A DNA stretch of 64,000 nt, from positions 103,044,001 to 103,108,000 of the forward strand of contig NC_043001.1 of the NCBI RefSeq assembly GCF_006345805.1. The letters are read 5' to 3'. Source of the DNA: Octopus sinensis. Lineage: Eukaryota. The notes beneath the pieces were generated by a model, which was not told the DNA's origin, did no database searches, and worked only from the letters and a program-made list of their open reading frames with translations. A program made the position numbers and the translations under genes. Each line of letters begins with the position of its first letter. Position 1 is the stretch's first letter. This document shows, in pieces, positions 25,205 to 36,900 of this stretch.

Positions 25205-26499
25205 GTCCACCTTCAACTGCAACTCGCCCCCCCCCTCCCAAGTAAACATCCGACAGCAAATTTCATGCAAAAATCATAAGCATCGTTTCCTTACCATTTT
25301 CTGGCAACAATTTTGCATTATTCCAAAATCACAAACGAAGAACACATTTCGGTCAGAACCAAACCAGCAACGACGACCCCTGCTTCTCTCTTTCCTCTTT
25401 TGCTGTCTTTTGTTTAAATATATTCTTGGAAAGACTACACAAGAAACCAGAACAGTAAAGCCGGTGTAAGCCGAGAACATGTACACTTTGTAACGGTAAT
25501 CCTGAATAGCGGACTTCTTGATACAAAATCGAAACTCGACGGAGCAGTTTCAAATTCAGTTCTGTTTTGCTGGCTTTATTTTTGACCAAAACATTAATGT
25601 AACAACTTTACATGTGTTTTTTTTTACTCTAAATTATAAGATATGAGTCTAGACAACAGGGTTTTTTTTTTTAAATGATCCTGTTAATGTCGTTTTCATC
25701 CCTTTTTTTAAACATTTTATGTCCCCACCTCTGATGTGGCATCAATACAATAAGGGATTGAGTTTATTAATTAATGCCACATGCGAATCTTTGAAAAATA
25801 TTGTTTTAAAATCTTGGTAAATCGAATCAACGCCCTGGCTATGGACCCACCTGATCGGGATTGTAAGGTGTTTTGTAGGCCTATTGACTTTACATTAGTA
25901 ATTCCTTCCGTATTTATTTTGTGTCTTATGTCTAAGTAGTAGATAATTATTTTGGCAAACTAGGCGAAGTCGCCCTAATTTGAAGATGATAATGTAGGCC
26001 ATTTATTTGCCATGCTGTGATTACCTTTGATTACTCGTAGCCCGTAAAAAACATTAAATTCATGGAGGCCAAAAATTATAGGACAAAAAATAATTCTATT
26101 TAGTACGGTTTTTTTTTTCACTATTCTTACTGCACGGTCTACTATCCCAATTCCGATGTATACTACCTTTCGCAAAACTTTCTTACTTCGCATTCTTCAT
26201 CCGTATGTATATTTCTTTAATTGCTAAGGGATTTTTTTGTCAAAATGTTAAAATTCATAAGAACGTTTCTTTCAAGGTTAACACTAAAGATAAAAACCAA
26301 CTTTTTTATGATTAATCATCATAAATGATGCAGTCTTCCAGCATGTCAGCCCAGTCAAACCGTCCAACCCATGCCAGCATGGACAGCGGACGTTAAATGA
26401 TGATGATGATGATGACGAAAGTTAAAATAAGGTTAAAAAATGTAATCTCATAAAAAAGAAAATTTCTTATCGTTAGATATTGAAAAGAATAAATAAATT

Positions 26500-26544
<45 letters not shown>

Positions 26545-26769
26545 CGATCACGTGACCGACCAGACCATCAGATGTTGTTACACATCGCTGGTCACAATGC
26601 GTTCGCATTGTTTTAGCCTTCGAATGACGCCACCCTGCTGGCTAAGCGAGCAGGCCAATACATATATATATATATATATATATTTAAGTATTGGTTAAAC
26701 CTAAATTTGATATATATTTCTACTAATTTTTAATTGAGTTGTTGAACAGAAATTTCTCTTTGGAGCTAT

Positions 26770-27860
26770 TTTTAGCACCCCCTATGGCTGATAGTGACTC
26801 AGCTATTAGAGCAAGGTCATCAGCATTGAGAAGCTCCCAAGGGCATCCTCTCTTGAATTCCTCTGTTATTGCCTGGAGGACTTAGATGAATAAGAGGGGA
26901 TCAAGGACTGATCCTTGGTGAACCCCTACTTCTACCCAGAATTCTTCACTATACTCATTGCCAACCCTCACCTTACTGACAGCATCCCTGTCTATCCCTA
27001 GTTTCTGCATTGACCACCAGGTAAGGGATCGGGGGGACCCTGTCAAAAGCTTTCTCTGTGTCAACAAAAGCCAAGTACAGAGGTTTATCTTTGGCTAGGT
27101 ATTTCTTCTGCAGCTGTTTTAACAGAAATATAGCATCAGTGGTGCTTTTACCTGGCACAAAGCAAAACTGCATCCCATCTAGGCTAACTCTCTCCCTAAT
27201 TAGTTGGGCTATGACCCTCCATGACTTTCATCACTTGATCCAGCAATTCAACACCTTTGTAGTTATTTCTATCTAAAGCATCACCTTTATCTTTGTAGCA
27301 GTTGACTATGGTGCTGCTACACTAGTCATTGGGTATGACTCCTTCGTGAACTACCTGATTTATGATACAGGTGACTATACCATAACCCACACCACCAGAT
27401 ATTGTAAGCATTTCAGCAGTAATTCCTGATGGGCCAGGGGCTTTCCTTGTCTTCATATCCTTAATTGCTTTAACTACCAGGGTACTGTTGATTCAGGTAG
27501 CTGGTCCCTCAGTTGGGTCAACCTTTGGCAGACTCTTCTCCTCCCATTCATTCTCCACATTCAGCAATCTGTCATAATGGCTTCTCCAAGCCTCTTCCTT
27601 TGCAGAATCATTAAATGAAGACACATTTCTCTCCTATGACATCATGGTTTTCTCTCTCACATAGTTTGCAATCCAAAATATTTCAGTTCTTTGGTCCTCA
27701 CATTGCTGATCATTAGCAAATTTCTCCTTTTCTGCCTCTCCCTTGGCTATATACACTGTGTCCCCTAGCTTCCCTTTTGGCTATCTGATACAGTTCCTTG
27801 CTACCCCAACTCATCCAGTCTTTCTAGGCCTGTTTCTTTGCTCTGATGGCCCTATCTACA
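26770..27860 (-). mobile_element. RTE-type LINE reverse transcriptase fragment (pseudogenised)
   Basis: Broken frames give QFCFVPGKSTTDAIFLLKQLQKKY...YLAFVD.EKAFDRVP, GVHQGSVL.PLLFI and ELLNADDLAL. Confidence 0.85.
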
Positions 27861-28736
27861 ATATTTCAATAAATATTTTTTAAGGTATCATTTAAATCTT
27901 TGGCACCTGTGCCGGTGGCATGTGTAAAAAGATTCGAGCGAGGTCATTGCCAGTACCACGTGACTGGCACCCACTACACTCACGGAGTGGTTGGTGTTAG
28001 GAAGGGCATCCAGCCGTAGAAACTCTGCCAGATCAAGATTGGAGCCTAGTGCAGCCATCTGGTTCGCCAGCCCTTAGTCAAAATCATCCAACCCATGCTA
28101 GCATGGAAAGCAGACGTTAAGCGATGATGATGATGATGATGATGATAACTCTTTTATGTAAATTTTTACCTGAGGTTAATTGAATTCAATAATTTTCTTT
28201 TACTGTTGTATTGATTGATCTTCTTTAAAGTTTGTTATGAAATTCTTTTGTCCCTGCCTTATTGAGCTGACTAATCCAAGTTTGAGAAGTCTCTTTCATT
28301 CAGTCAAGAAGCCACTGCCATCTCAGTCTATGTGTGGAAAATATGTTCATTTGCTTCATGCAAACATGGTTGAAAATTGCAAGAGTTGCCTGGCTGATCA
28401 AAATGTAGTTTTAGTGGTTGATAGTTCCAAGAGAGAATTTTCTCCTACTATTGTCTGATGCTGCTCGGTATATGGTAGCGGCTGGAGAATCATTGCAAGT
28501 TATGTACCCTAAGCTCTTCCTTGTAACCTGCTTCTCCCACCTACTGCACAACAGGGCTCTAAAAATAAAGGCTTTCTATTCAGCAGACGATTGCCTGATT
28601 GCCAATGTCAAGGCTGCCACTGTAAAAGGCAGACATTGTGACTAGGTGGGGCAGCTGGTTGGATGCCTGGGATTACTATGCCAGGAACCTTGCAGTGAGC
28701 TTTGAGGACAAAAGCATTTTGGGTTAGAGTTAGGGT

Positions 28737-28774
<38 letters not shown>

Positions 28775-28778
<4 letters not shown>

Positions 28779-29402
28779 GCCCTCTATATAATATAAATAA
28801 ATAAATTCAAGTGGAAAAAATTTACAGATTATTTTCTCATATGAGGTTTTTCATGCTAACTACTTGATAATTTCTTATGAAGATTTTATCCTATTTTTAA
28901 ATTATAAATTTCACTGGAATAATTCAATACTGAATTTTTATTCCGAATAAGCACATTGTTACCGAAATACAATTCGAAAAAGCCCGCCATTTACATAGAT
29001 GTATAAGGGGTGAACAGTTCTATATGCTACGGTGGATACGATGGTTGTTCGTCTGGTATGTTGATTTTGTTCATTCATTATAAATCTTGAATCACACTGT
29101 CACTGATGAGTAAGGGACGCAGCCACTGCGTTGATTACGAAATCACTGGTGATCTACAGCTAAATTCTGTTTTTAAATGACTTGCTTCGAGACTTGCATT
29201 CGGTACGATATATTTATTTTGGTAGTTTTGACTTTAAGAGTCCCTCCTAGCAAGCGGCATTTATGTGTAATAATGCCCTCTATATAATATAAATAAATAT
29301 ATTCAAGTGGAAAAAATTTACAAATTTTTTTCTCTTATGAAGTTTTTCACGCTAACTACTTGATAATTTCTTATGAAGATTTTATCCTATTTTAAAATTA
29401 TA
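28775..29402 (+). mobile_element. Non-coding element with 132-bp terminal direct repeats (496-bp period) in (TA)n, containing a hammerhead
   Basis: 28775-28906 is repeated at 29271-29402; (TA)n on both sides. Confidence 0.75.
29097..29159 (+). ncRNA. Type I hammerhead ribozyme-like motif
   Basis: Stem I CTGT(C)A/TACAG; core CTGATGA 29103-09; stem II GTAA/TTAC plus ACGCAG/CTGCGT; GAAA 29139-42; stem III TCAC/GTGA; ATC triplet with cleavage predicted after 29154. Confidence 0.75.
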
Positions 29403-31433
29403 TATATATATATATAAGAATTTTCTGCGTAATAAGATAAAAAACCAAGGCTGTGTAGATATTAGAGCATTTATAGATAGATAGGTCTTACAGCTGTTTC
29501 TAGGATATTAATTAATATCCCTTCATTGGAGAAGGTGCACTTATTCAGCATTACCTGACACCTTTGGGCCTCAATGGCACCATTATCTCTTATATATGAA
29601 TGAAAGAAGCTGTGAATTCATGAAATCAGGACAAACCTTACCCAAATCTGTTCAAACTACTAAAAGACTTGATTTTGAAAGTTGAGTCAGCAGCCTTCAC
29701 CATCTTCAGTGCTTACAAAAGCCTTAAAGAATTGAAAGTCAACAAAGACCTATGTTGCAGCATGAATAATATTAATTTCGGATTCAATTAAAACCAAATC
29801 AATTTGATAATTCAGCTAATGAACTGCAGAGATTCACCTGTGGAATATGTAAATCTGATACAATGCCAAGCAACATCATTTACAGTCGAATGCATTTTTT
29901 CAATGCTGAAAAATTCCTTGCAAAGACAGGAATTTTAAGGCATTATATAAAACAAAAAAAAAAAACATCCACTTCCCTCTCAGAGTGGCTGGCATTAGGA
30001 AGGGCATCCAGCTGTAGAAATATTGCCAAATCTGATGATAACCAGGGGCAGCCCCCTGGCTTACCAATTTTCAGTCAAACAATCCAACCCATATCTGCAT
30101 GGAAAGCAGATGTTAAATGATAATGATGATGATGATATATTGTGCTATAATAAATTTCCACAATAACCATTTAAAAAAAAAATTGTTTTGATAATAATCA
30201 TTATATTTTAAAGTAATCAAAACTCTAGAGAACTCCATAATGTTTATGGATTTATTAATTAAGGTTAAAAAAAGTTGCCCTACAAATTCCCTTTTTTGTC
30301 CTTGCTGACATCTTACTAATTAGTTTCTCACCTTCACTCATTCTTCTCACTAAGTGACCAAACATGATACATCATCATCATGATCATCGTTTAATGTTCG
30401 CTTTCCATGCTGGCATGGGTTGGATGGTTTGACAGGGCTTGTAAGCTGGGAGGCTGCACCAGGCTCCAATCTGATCTGGTAAAGTTTCTACAGCTGGATG
30501 CCTTTCCCAATGCCGACCACTCTGAGAGTGTAGTGGGTGCTTTTTATGTGCCACTGGCATGGGAACCAATCAGGGGGCACTGACATTGACCATGTTCAGA
30601 TGGTGCTTTTTACGTGCCAATCAGGTGGTACTGTCATCAGCCATGACAACAACTTCACTTTCCTCAACAGGTCTTCAGAAGTGCAGTTTATTGCCCACAA
30701 TCTTCATATTTCACCCCTTTTCCCTTTCACACATTTCGAAGGTCACCTGTTTCTATTTTACTCAGTTTGTTTAATATATTTCTTTATGAATGTCTTTCAC
30801 AATTAAGAAAGTCTTAAATTTTTGGCATTTATTCTTTTACTTGTTTCAGTCATTTGACTGCGGCCAGGCAGGAGCACCACCTTTAGTCGAAGAAATCAAC
30901 ACTAGGACTTATTCTTTGTAAGCCTAGTAGTTATTCTATCGATCTCTTTTGCTGAACTGCTAAGTTACGGGGACGTAAACACACCGACATCAGTTGTCAA
31001 GTGATGGTGATGGGACAAACATATACATATACGATGGGCTTCTTTCAGTTTCTGTCTACCAAATCCACTCACAAGGCTTTTGTTGGCCTGTGGCTACAGT
31101 AGAAGAAACTTGCTCAATGTGCCAGGCAGTAGGATTGAACTTGGAACCATGTGGTTGTGAAGCAAGCTTCTTACAACACAGCCATGATCACATATATATA
31201 TATATCCCTCTCTCTCGGTGAGGCACAAGCACCTACACACACATATATACATGTGGCAGTAACTTCCGCCGACCAAATTCAATCACAAAGCTTTGGTCGG
31301 CCCGGGGCTATAGCAGAAGACACTTGCCCAGGGTGCCATGCAGTGGGACTGAACCTGAAACCATGTAGCTGGGAAGCAAGCTTTCTAACCACACAGCCTT
31401 CAACCCATGCCAGCATGGAAAGCAGACATTAAA

Positions 31434-31471
<38 letters not shown>

Positions 31472-31577
31472 GGTTGTTCATGGAGTGAAAAAGACTGAGG
31501 TGTGTTGAAGCAAGCAGGGGATGACATGGTTTAAAGCTCTTTAGCTGAAAAGTCATCCAATGATCCATTTAGTCCCT

Positions 31578-32097
31578 GTGACATCCCAACACTTTTGTAG
31601 CAGATTCAAAACTGAATTGCTGGATAGCTGAGTAAATATAATGGCAAAGCCTGTCATTTCATGTGATTGGCCAATTAACTAACCAATCAGTGTTAAGCCA
31701 TTGCGTAATTTGTCTTTCTAGAACTTTCCCATTATATAAAGGTGGTTTCTGGCGGCAGTTCCAGAATGTGAAGCAGCTACTCCCAGAATGTTGAGGCAGC
31801 TGCTCAATGTCTCCGTTCCTTTGGCAGTTTAGAAGACACAGATTCTGGTGTCATGAATATAATGCAATTATTTTCCATTTGTGATGAGTCAGCCATAGAT
31901 TGTTACATTCCAGTTAAATTGTTGTAGATCCCAGTAATATGTCTCTCCCTGTGTGTATAAATTGTTGCTGTAATTTTACATTGAAAGACCAACACAGAAA
32001 ACACCATGTGCAGCAAATAAAACTTGTCAATTGTTTGTGAGTGTTGGTAATTATTTTCACACAGTCCTAGAAAGACATTTTCATTCTCAACCAACAT
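31578..32097. repeat. Diverged dispersed repeat, possibly a solo LTR (second copy about 42900-43460)
   Basis: Shared blocks TTTCATGTGATTGG, TTCTAGAACTTT, AATTATTTTC and AAAGACCAACACA; contains CCAAT, TATATAAA and AATAAA. No TSD found. Confidence 0.35.
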
Positions 32098-32118
32098 CAA
32101 GGACCCAATGACATCTAA

Positions 32119-32332
32119 CTCTTTTACTCTCTCTTTAACTTGTTTCAGTCATTTGACTGCGGCCATGCTGGAGCACGGCCTTTAGTCGAGCAAATCGACC
32201 CCGGGACTTATTCTTTGTAAGCCCAGTACTTATTCTATCGGTCTCTTTTTGCTGAACCGCTAAGTGACGGGGACGTAAACACACCAGCATCGGTTGTCAA
32301 GCAATGCTAGGGGGACAAACACAGACAAACAA

Positions 32333-32372
<40 letters not shown>

Positions 32373-32542
32373 ATATATACGACAGGCTTCTTTTCAGTTT
32401 CCGTCTACCAAATCCACTCACAAGGCACTCGTCGGCCCGGGGCTATAGCAGAAGACACTTGCCCAAGATGCCATGCAGTGGAACTGAACCGGAATCATGT
32501 GGTTGGTTAGCAAGCTACTTACCACACAGCCACTCCTGTGCC
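32119..32542 (-). mobile_element. tRNA-derived SINE family B (with internal microsatellite)
   Basis: Reverse complement of the 52679-53078 copy. Other copies at about 12575-12930, 15295-15765(-), 21700-22070, 23100-23440, 30835-31185(-), 36945-37250(-), 39980-40290(-) and 44965-45345(-). Confidence 0.8.
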
Positions 32543-32622
32543 TAAGGACTCTAAGGACACTTTTAGTAACAAAATATTTTATTATTTTGCTATGGACTAC
32601 AGAATTAGATTTAAAGTTTTCT

Positions 32623-33923
32623 TTATTTTTGTAAATGAAGTTTAGATTCAAGCAAAGCAAGTTCTCCATATTCAGGACATTTCAAACCAAAATGTATAGC
32701 AAATAAACTTTTCGCTCGGTTGATAGTTTTTAAAGCTTTTTTCCTTTCTCCAGCTATGTAGAGCAGTTCACAGAATTTCTGGAGTTCTCGTGCCAGTTCC
32801 AGGCTACCACTGCCATAACAATCTTCAGTAATTGTCAAACTGGATTCTAAAACTTTGCAAGCTTCTTTGTATTTACCTGAAAATAGAAAAATATCTTAGT
32901 TTAAAGACACGAGCATCATCATCATCGTTTAACGTCCGCTTTCCATGCTAGCATGGAATTTGACTGAGGGCTGGCGAATCAGGTAGCCGCAATAGGCTCC
33001 AATCTTGATCTGGCAGAGTTTCTACAGCTGGATGCCCTTCCTAACGCCAACCACCCCGAGAGTGTAGTGGGTGCTTTCAGAGTGGTTGGCGTTAGGAAGG
33101 GCAATATTGGAAAAACTGTTACAGGTGTTGCTCAAAAATGCGAAAGTGGATGGGAAAGAATTATTGTCAAATACTGATGTTGCCACCCTGTGTATTAGAA
33201 TAGGTTAGTTGCAGCATCCCTGTATATCTCATAAGAAGCAACAGTTGGTGACTGGAAGAGCATCCAGCTATGAGACACTGCTTCTTGCAATGGAAATCAC
33301 CAATCTCCCTGCGATATTTGCATCAGAAAGAAGACATAAAAAAAATGATGACTTTGTTATTATGATTTGTTGTTTCTAAGCCTCAAGTATATTCTTCAAA
33401 AACTTTATTATTACATCGATATCTATTGCTCCCGAATGGGATCTGATGTGAGTTATCTCACTTGTCTATGACTTCCAGGTGTTTTAACACCAAGCACATT
33501 GATGAGAATGCATTCTCTTATGCCCATAAGCGCAGCCTAACCATGAACTATCAAAATACATACCTTGTGTATGTATGTTCAGTATTGTTTATATCCTTCA
33601 AGCAGCTTTTTCTAAACTCATATTTGAACTCATTATTATCATTATTAAGATGGCGAGTTGGCAGAATTGTCAGTATGCTGGACAAAATACTTAGCATTAT
33701 TTTGCCTGTTGCTATGCTCTGAGTACAAATTCCACCGAGGTCAGCTTTGCCTTTCAGGGTCAATAAATTAAGGACCAGTGAAACACGGGCGGTCAATGTA
33801 ATCAACTTACTCCACCCACAAATTTCAGGCTGTGTGCCTTCAGTAGAAAGGGCTACTACTACTACTACTGAGTGTGTCAGTAATGTGTGTTATCTATCAA
33901 TATATACATCTAAATATATGTAC

Positions 33924-33970
<47 letters not shown>

Positions 33971-36900
33971 ACAAAGTGAAGTTGTAAGGTACCGTATGAG
34001 TGGAAATATATATGAAAGAAGGTTTGAAAATGCAATTTTAAAGATGTTTATTCATTTGACCGGTTTCACTTTTTTAGAAAAAGATTGTCAAAAGTAAAAT
34101 GTAAAGCTTTGTATAAGCTTTGTTGTGTTAAGTACTGGTTGTCACAAAATATTACAATACATTTATATACATTCTTTGATAATAATAAGAAAATGTTAAA
34201 AACAGTTTACAAGAAAGTATCTAAGAAAATATTCAACAAAATATATTAAGAGTTCAATAAAAATCATGTTTTTTTGGTAGTATTTATATACACAGAAGGG
34301 CAAAGTTTAGAAAGCTCCTACCCCTACTGGCGACAAAGGGTCTCTCACTCAGAGTGAAAGGTAGATTGTATGATGCATGTGTGCGAACTGCCATGCTTCA
34401 CGGTAGTGAAACATGGGCCGTGACTGCAGAGGACATGCGTAGACTTGAAAGAAATGAAGCTAGCATGATCCGCTGGATGTGTAATGTCAGTGTGCATGCA
34501 CGACAGAGTGTAAGCACCCTGAGAGAAATGCTGGACATAAGAAGCATCAGATGTGGTGTGCAAGAGCGACGCTTGCGATGGTATGGTCATGTACTGCGGA
34601 TGGATGAGGAGAGATGTGTGAAGAAGTGCCACTCCCAAACAGTTGAAGGAATCAGGGGGAGAGGTAGACCCAGGAAGACATGGGATGAGGTAGTCAAGCA
34701 TGACCTCAGAGCATTGGGCCTCACTGAGGCAATGGCGAAGGACCGAGATCTCTGGAGATGTGCTGTGACTGCAAAGACCCAGGCTGCTTCCGGCACCAGG
34801 TCCGCATAGCCCCTGCCCATTCAAAGTACCTTGGATCCCAGAACATCTTGCTGTGCTTGAGGAGACCTGTTGAGTCAAGTGCAGGTTCATGAACATCGAA
34901 ACAAATATCAATGGAAATAGTAGTTGTGATACCTGTGCCGGTGGCACATAAAAAGCACCATCCGAACGTGGCCGATGCCAACGCCGCCTCGACTGGCTTC
35001 TGTCCCGGTGGTACATAAAAAGCACCATCCGAACGTGGCCGATGCCAGCGCCGCCTTGGCTGGCTTCCGTACCGGTGGCATGTTAAAAGCACCAACCGAT
35101 CGTGGCTGATGCCAGACTCCCCTGGCACCTGTGCCGGTAACACGTAAAAAGCACCCACTACACTCGCGGAGTGGTTGGCGTTAGGAAGGGCATCCAGCTG
35201 TAGAAACACTGCCAGATCAGACTGGAGCCTGGAGCAGCCCCTGGCTTCCCAGATCCCGGTCGAATCGTCCAACCCGTGCTAGCGCGGAAAACGGACGTTA
35301 AACGATGATGATGAAGAGATATATTTAAGAGTTTACAAAGAATTTGAGATGAACCAACCTGTTTTCTTAGCATTTTATTATTTTGTGTGTAGCTAAGGGT
35401 TGTTTGCTATTTTAAGGGACAGTTTCTTTCTTAGACTGACATTGTAAATAAATAAATAAATAAAACCAATACTAACCAAGAGAAGCCAAACATCGAGCAA
35501 TGCAGTCCTGTATTTCACCGTAATCCTTAGTGTGGTGTGCAAGTAGTCTCTTGCGTAGATCAGCGCAGAGACGGAATGTAGCGAGGGCATCTGAGGAATA
35601 GAGATATTGTTGTTAGAGACTGTTTGAGGCAAGCAATTAGACTTTGCAGACAATTGTGGGATTGCAGGTATTGGGATGCTATGATAAAGTCGGTGAGAAT
35701 TTAAACAGAGTAAAACATATAAATATATAACCATTGTGTACGTGAAGATATCTGTGTATACGAAAGCACGCACACATACACACAAATATATAAACACATA
35801 CATATAAATACACACATATATATATACACATATATCAATACACATATACATGACGGGTTTTTCATAGTTTCCATCTACTGGAAACGCCATGAAGTGAGGA
35901 TCATAGTGAGGGATTTCATCAGGTCATCGCAACTATGGAAAGAAGATACCAAGGACGATGGGATACTGCTTTGATGGGAGATTATAAATGGTCTCTAGTC
36001 AGAAGAGATGAAGGTATACACTCCAGAAAATCTCGATCATCAAAGCACTTCTCATCTTAAGAAAAGAGTTATCAAGGCATTTACAGTGCAGAGTTTTATT
36101 GCTTCTTTTTGTTCTAACTAATATTATACTTCCTAAATACCTTTCAATATATGAAAAAGTACTAAATGTTGTGTAATTATCCTTACAATACTAGAATAGA
36201 TTGAACCAACAAAGTGCTGTAGAGAAAAGTTACAAATATAACAAGCAAATATGAAATTAGGAATTGATTCATTTGACTAAAAATTCTTCAATGTGGTGCC
36301 CCAGCATGGCCACGGTCTAATGACTGAAACAAGAGACAAAAGATAAAAGATCTACCTTCAATATTATTTGATTCCAGTAAAGTCAGAGCCTTCTTGAAGT
36401 TATTTGCTTCACCAAGTAAAGCTGACTTTGTGTGCTCCTTGGCATTTTCACATGGTAACTGCGAGAAACATTGATAGCAGTCTTCGTCCTGGAGAGTCAA
36501 GATATCAAAAAATTATTTCAATGAGTCAAGAGTCAAGTACATCAACATCAAAATAAATATCAAATGGAAATTGTAGTTGTGATACCTGTGCCGGTGGCAC
36601 ATAAAAAGTACCATCCAAACGTGATCAATGCCAGTACCACCTTGACTGGCTTCTGTGTCGGTGCCATGTAAAAAGTACCAACCAATCGTGGCTGTTGCCA
36701 ACCTCGTCTGGCACCTGTACCGGTGGCATGTAAAAAAACACCCACCACACTCACAGAGTGGTTGGCATTAGGAAGGGCATCCAGCTGTAGAAACACTGCC
36801 AGATCAGACTGGAGCCTGGTGCAGCCTCCTGGCTTCCCAGACTCCAGTCGAACCATTCAACCCATGCTAGCATGGAAAATGGACGTTAAACAATGATGAT

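Larger units (their letters stand above)
28230..29950 (+). mobile_element. hAT-like transposase remnant interrupted by (TA)n and hammerhead cassettes
   Basis: LLSDAARYMVAAG.SL..MYPKLF.VTC..HLLH (28418-28645), and CQATSFTVECIFSMLK..LAKDRNF near 29864-29936, which resembles the hAT dimerisation motif. Confidence 0.65.

Noticed and set aside
24514-25469. Multiple ORFs rich in YIYI/CVCV/HTHT
   Set aside because: Translations of dinucleotide microsatellites.
33551-33805. Possible extra SMYD4 exon ending at the GTATGT donor (33563)
   Set aside because: The peptide is not SMYD-like and the model is already in frame without it.
35393-35890. 165-aa minus-strand ORF
   Set aside because: Wrong frame; the real SMYD4 exon (35590-35477) is in a different frame and the rest is low complexity.
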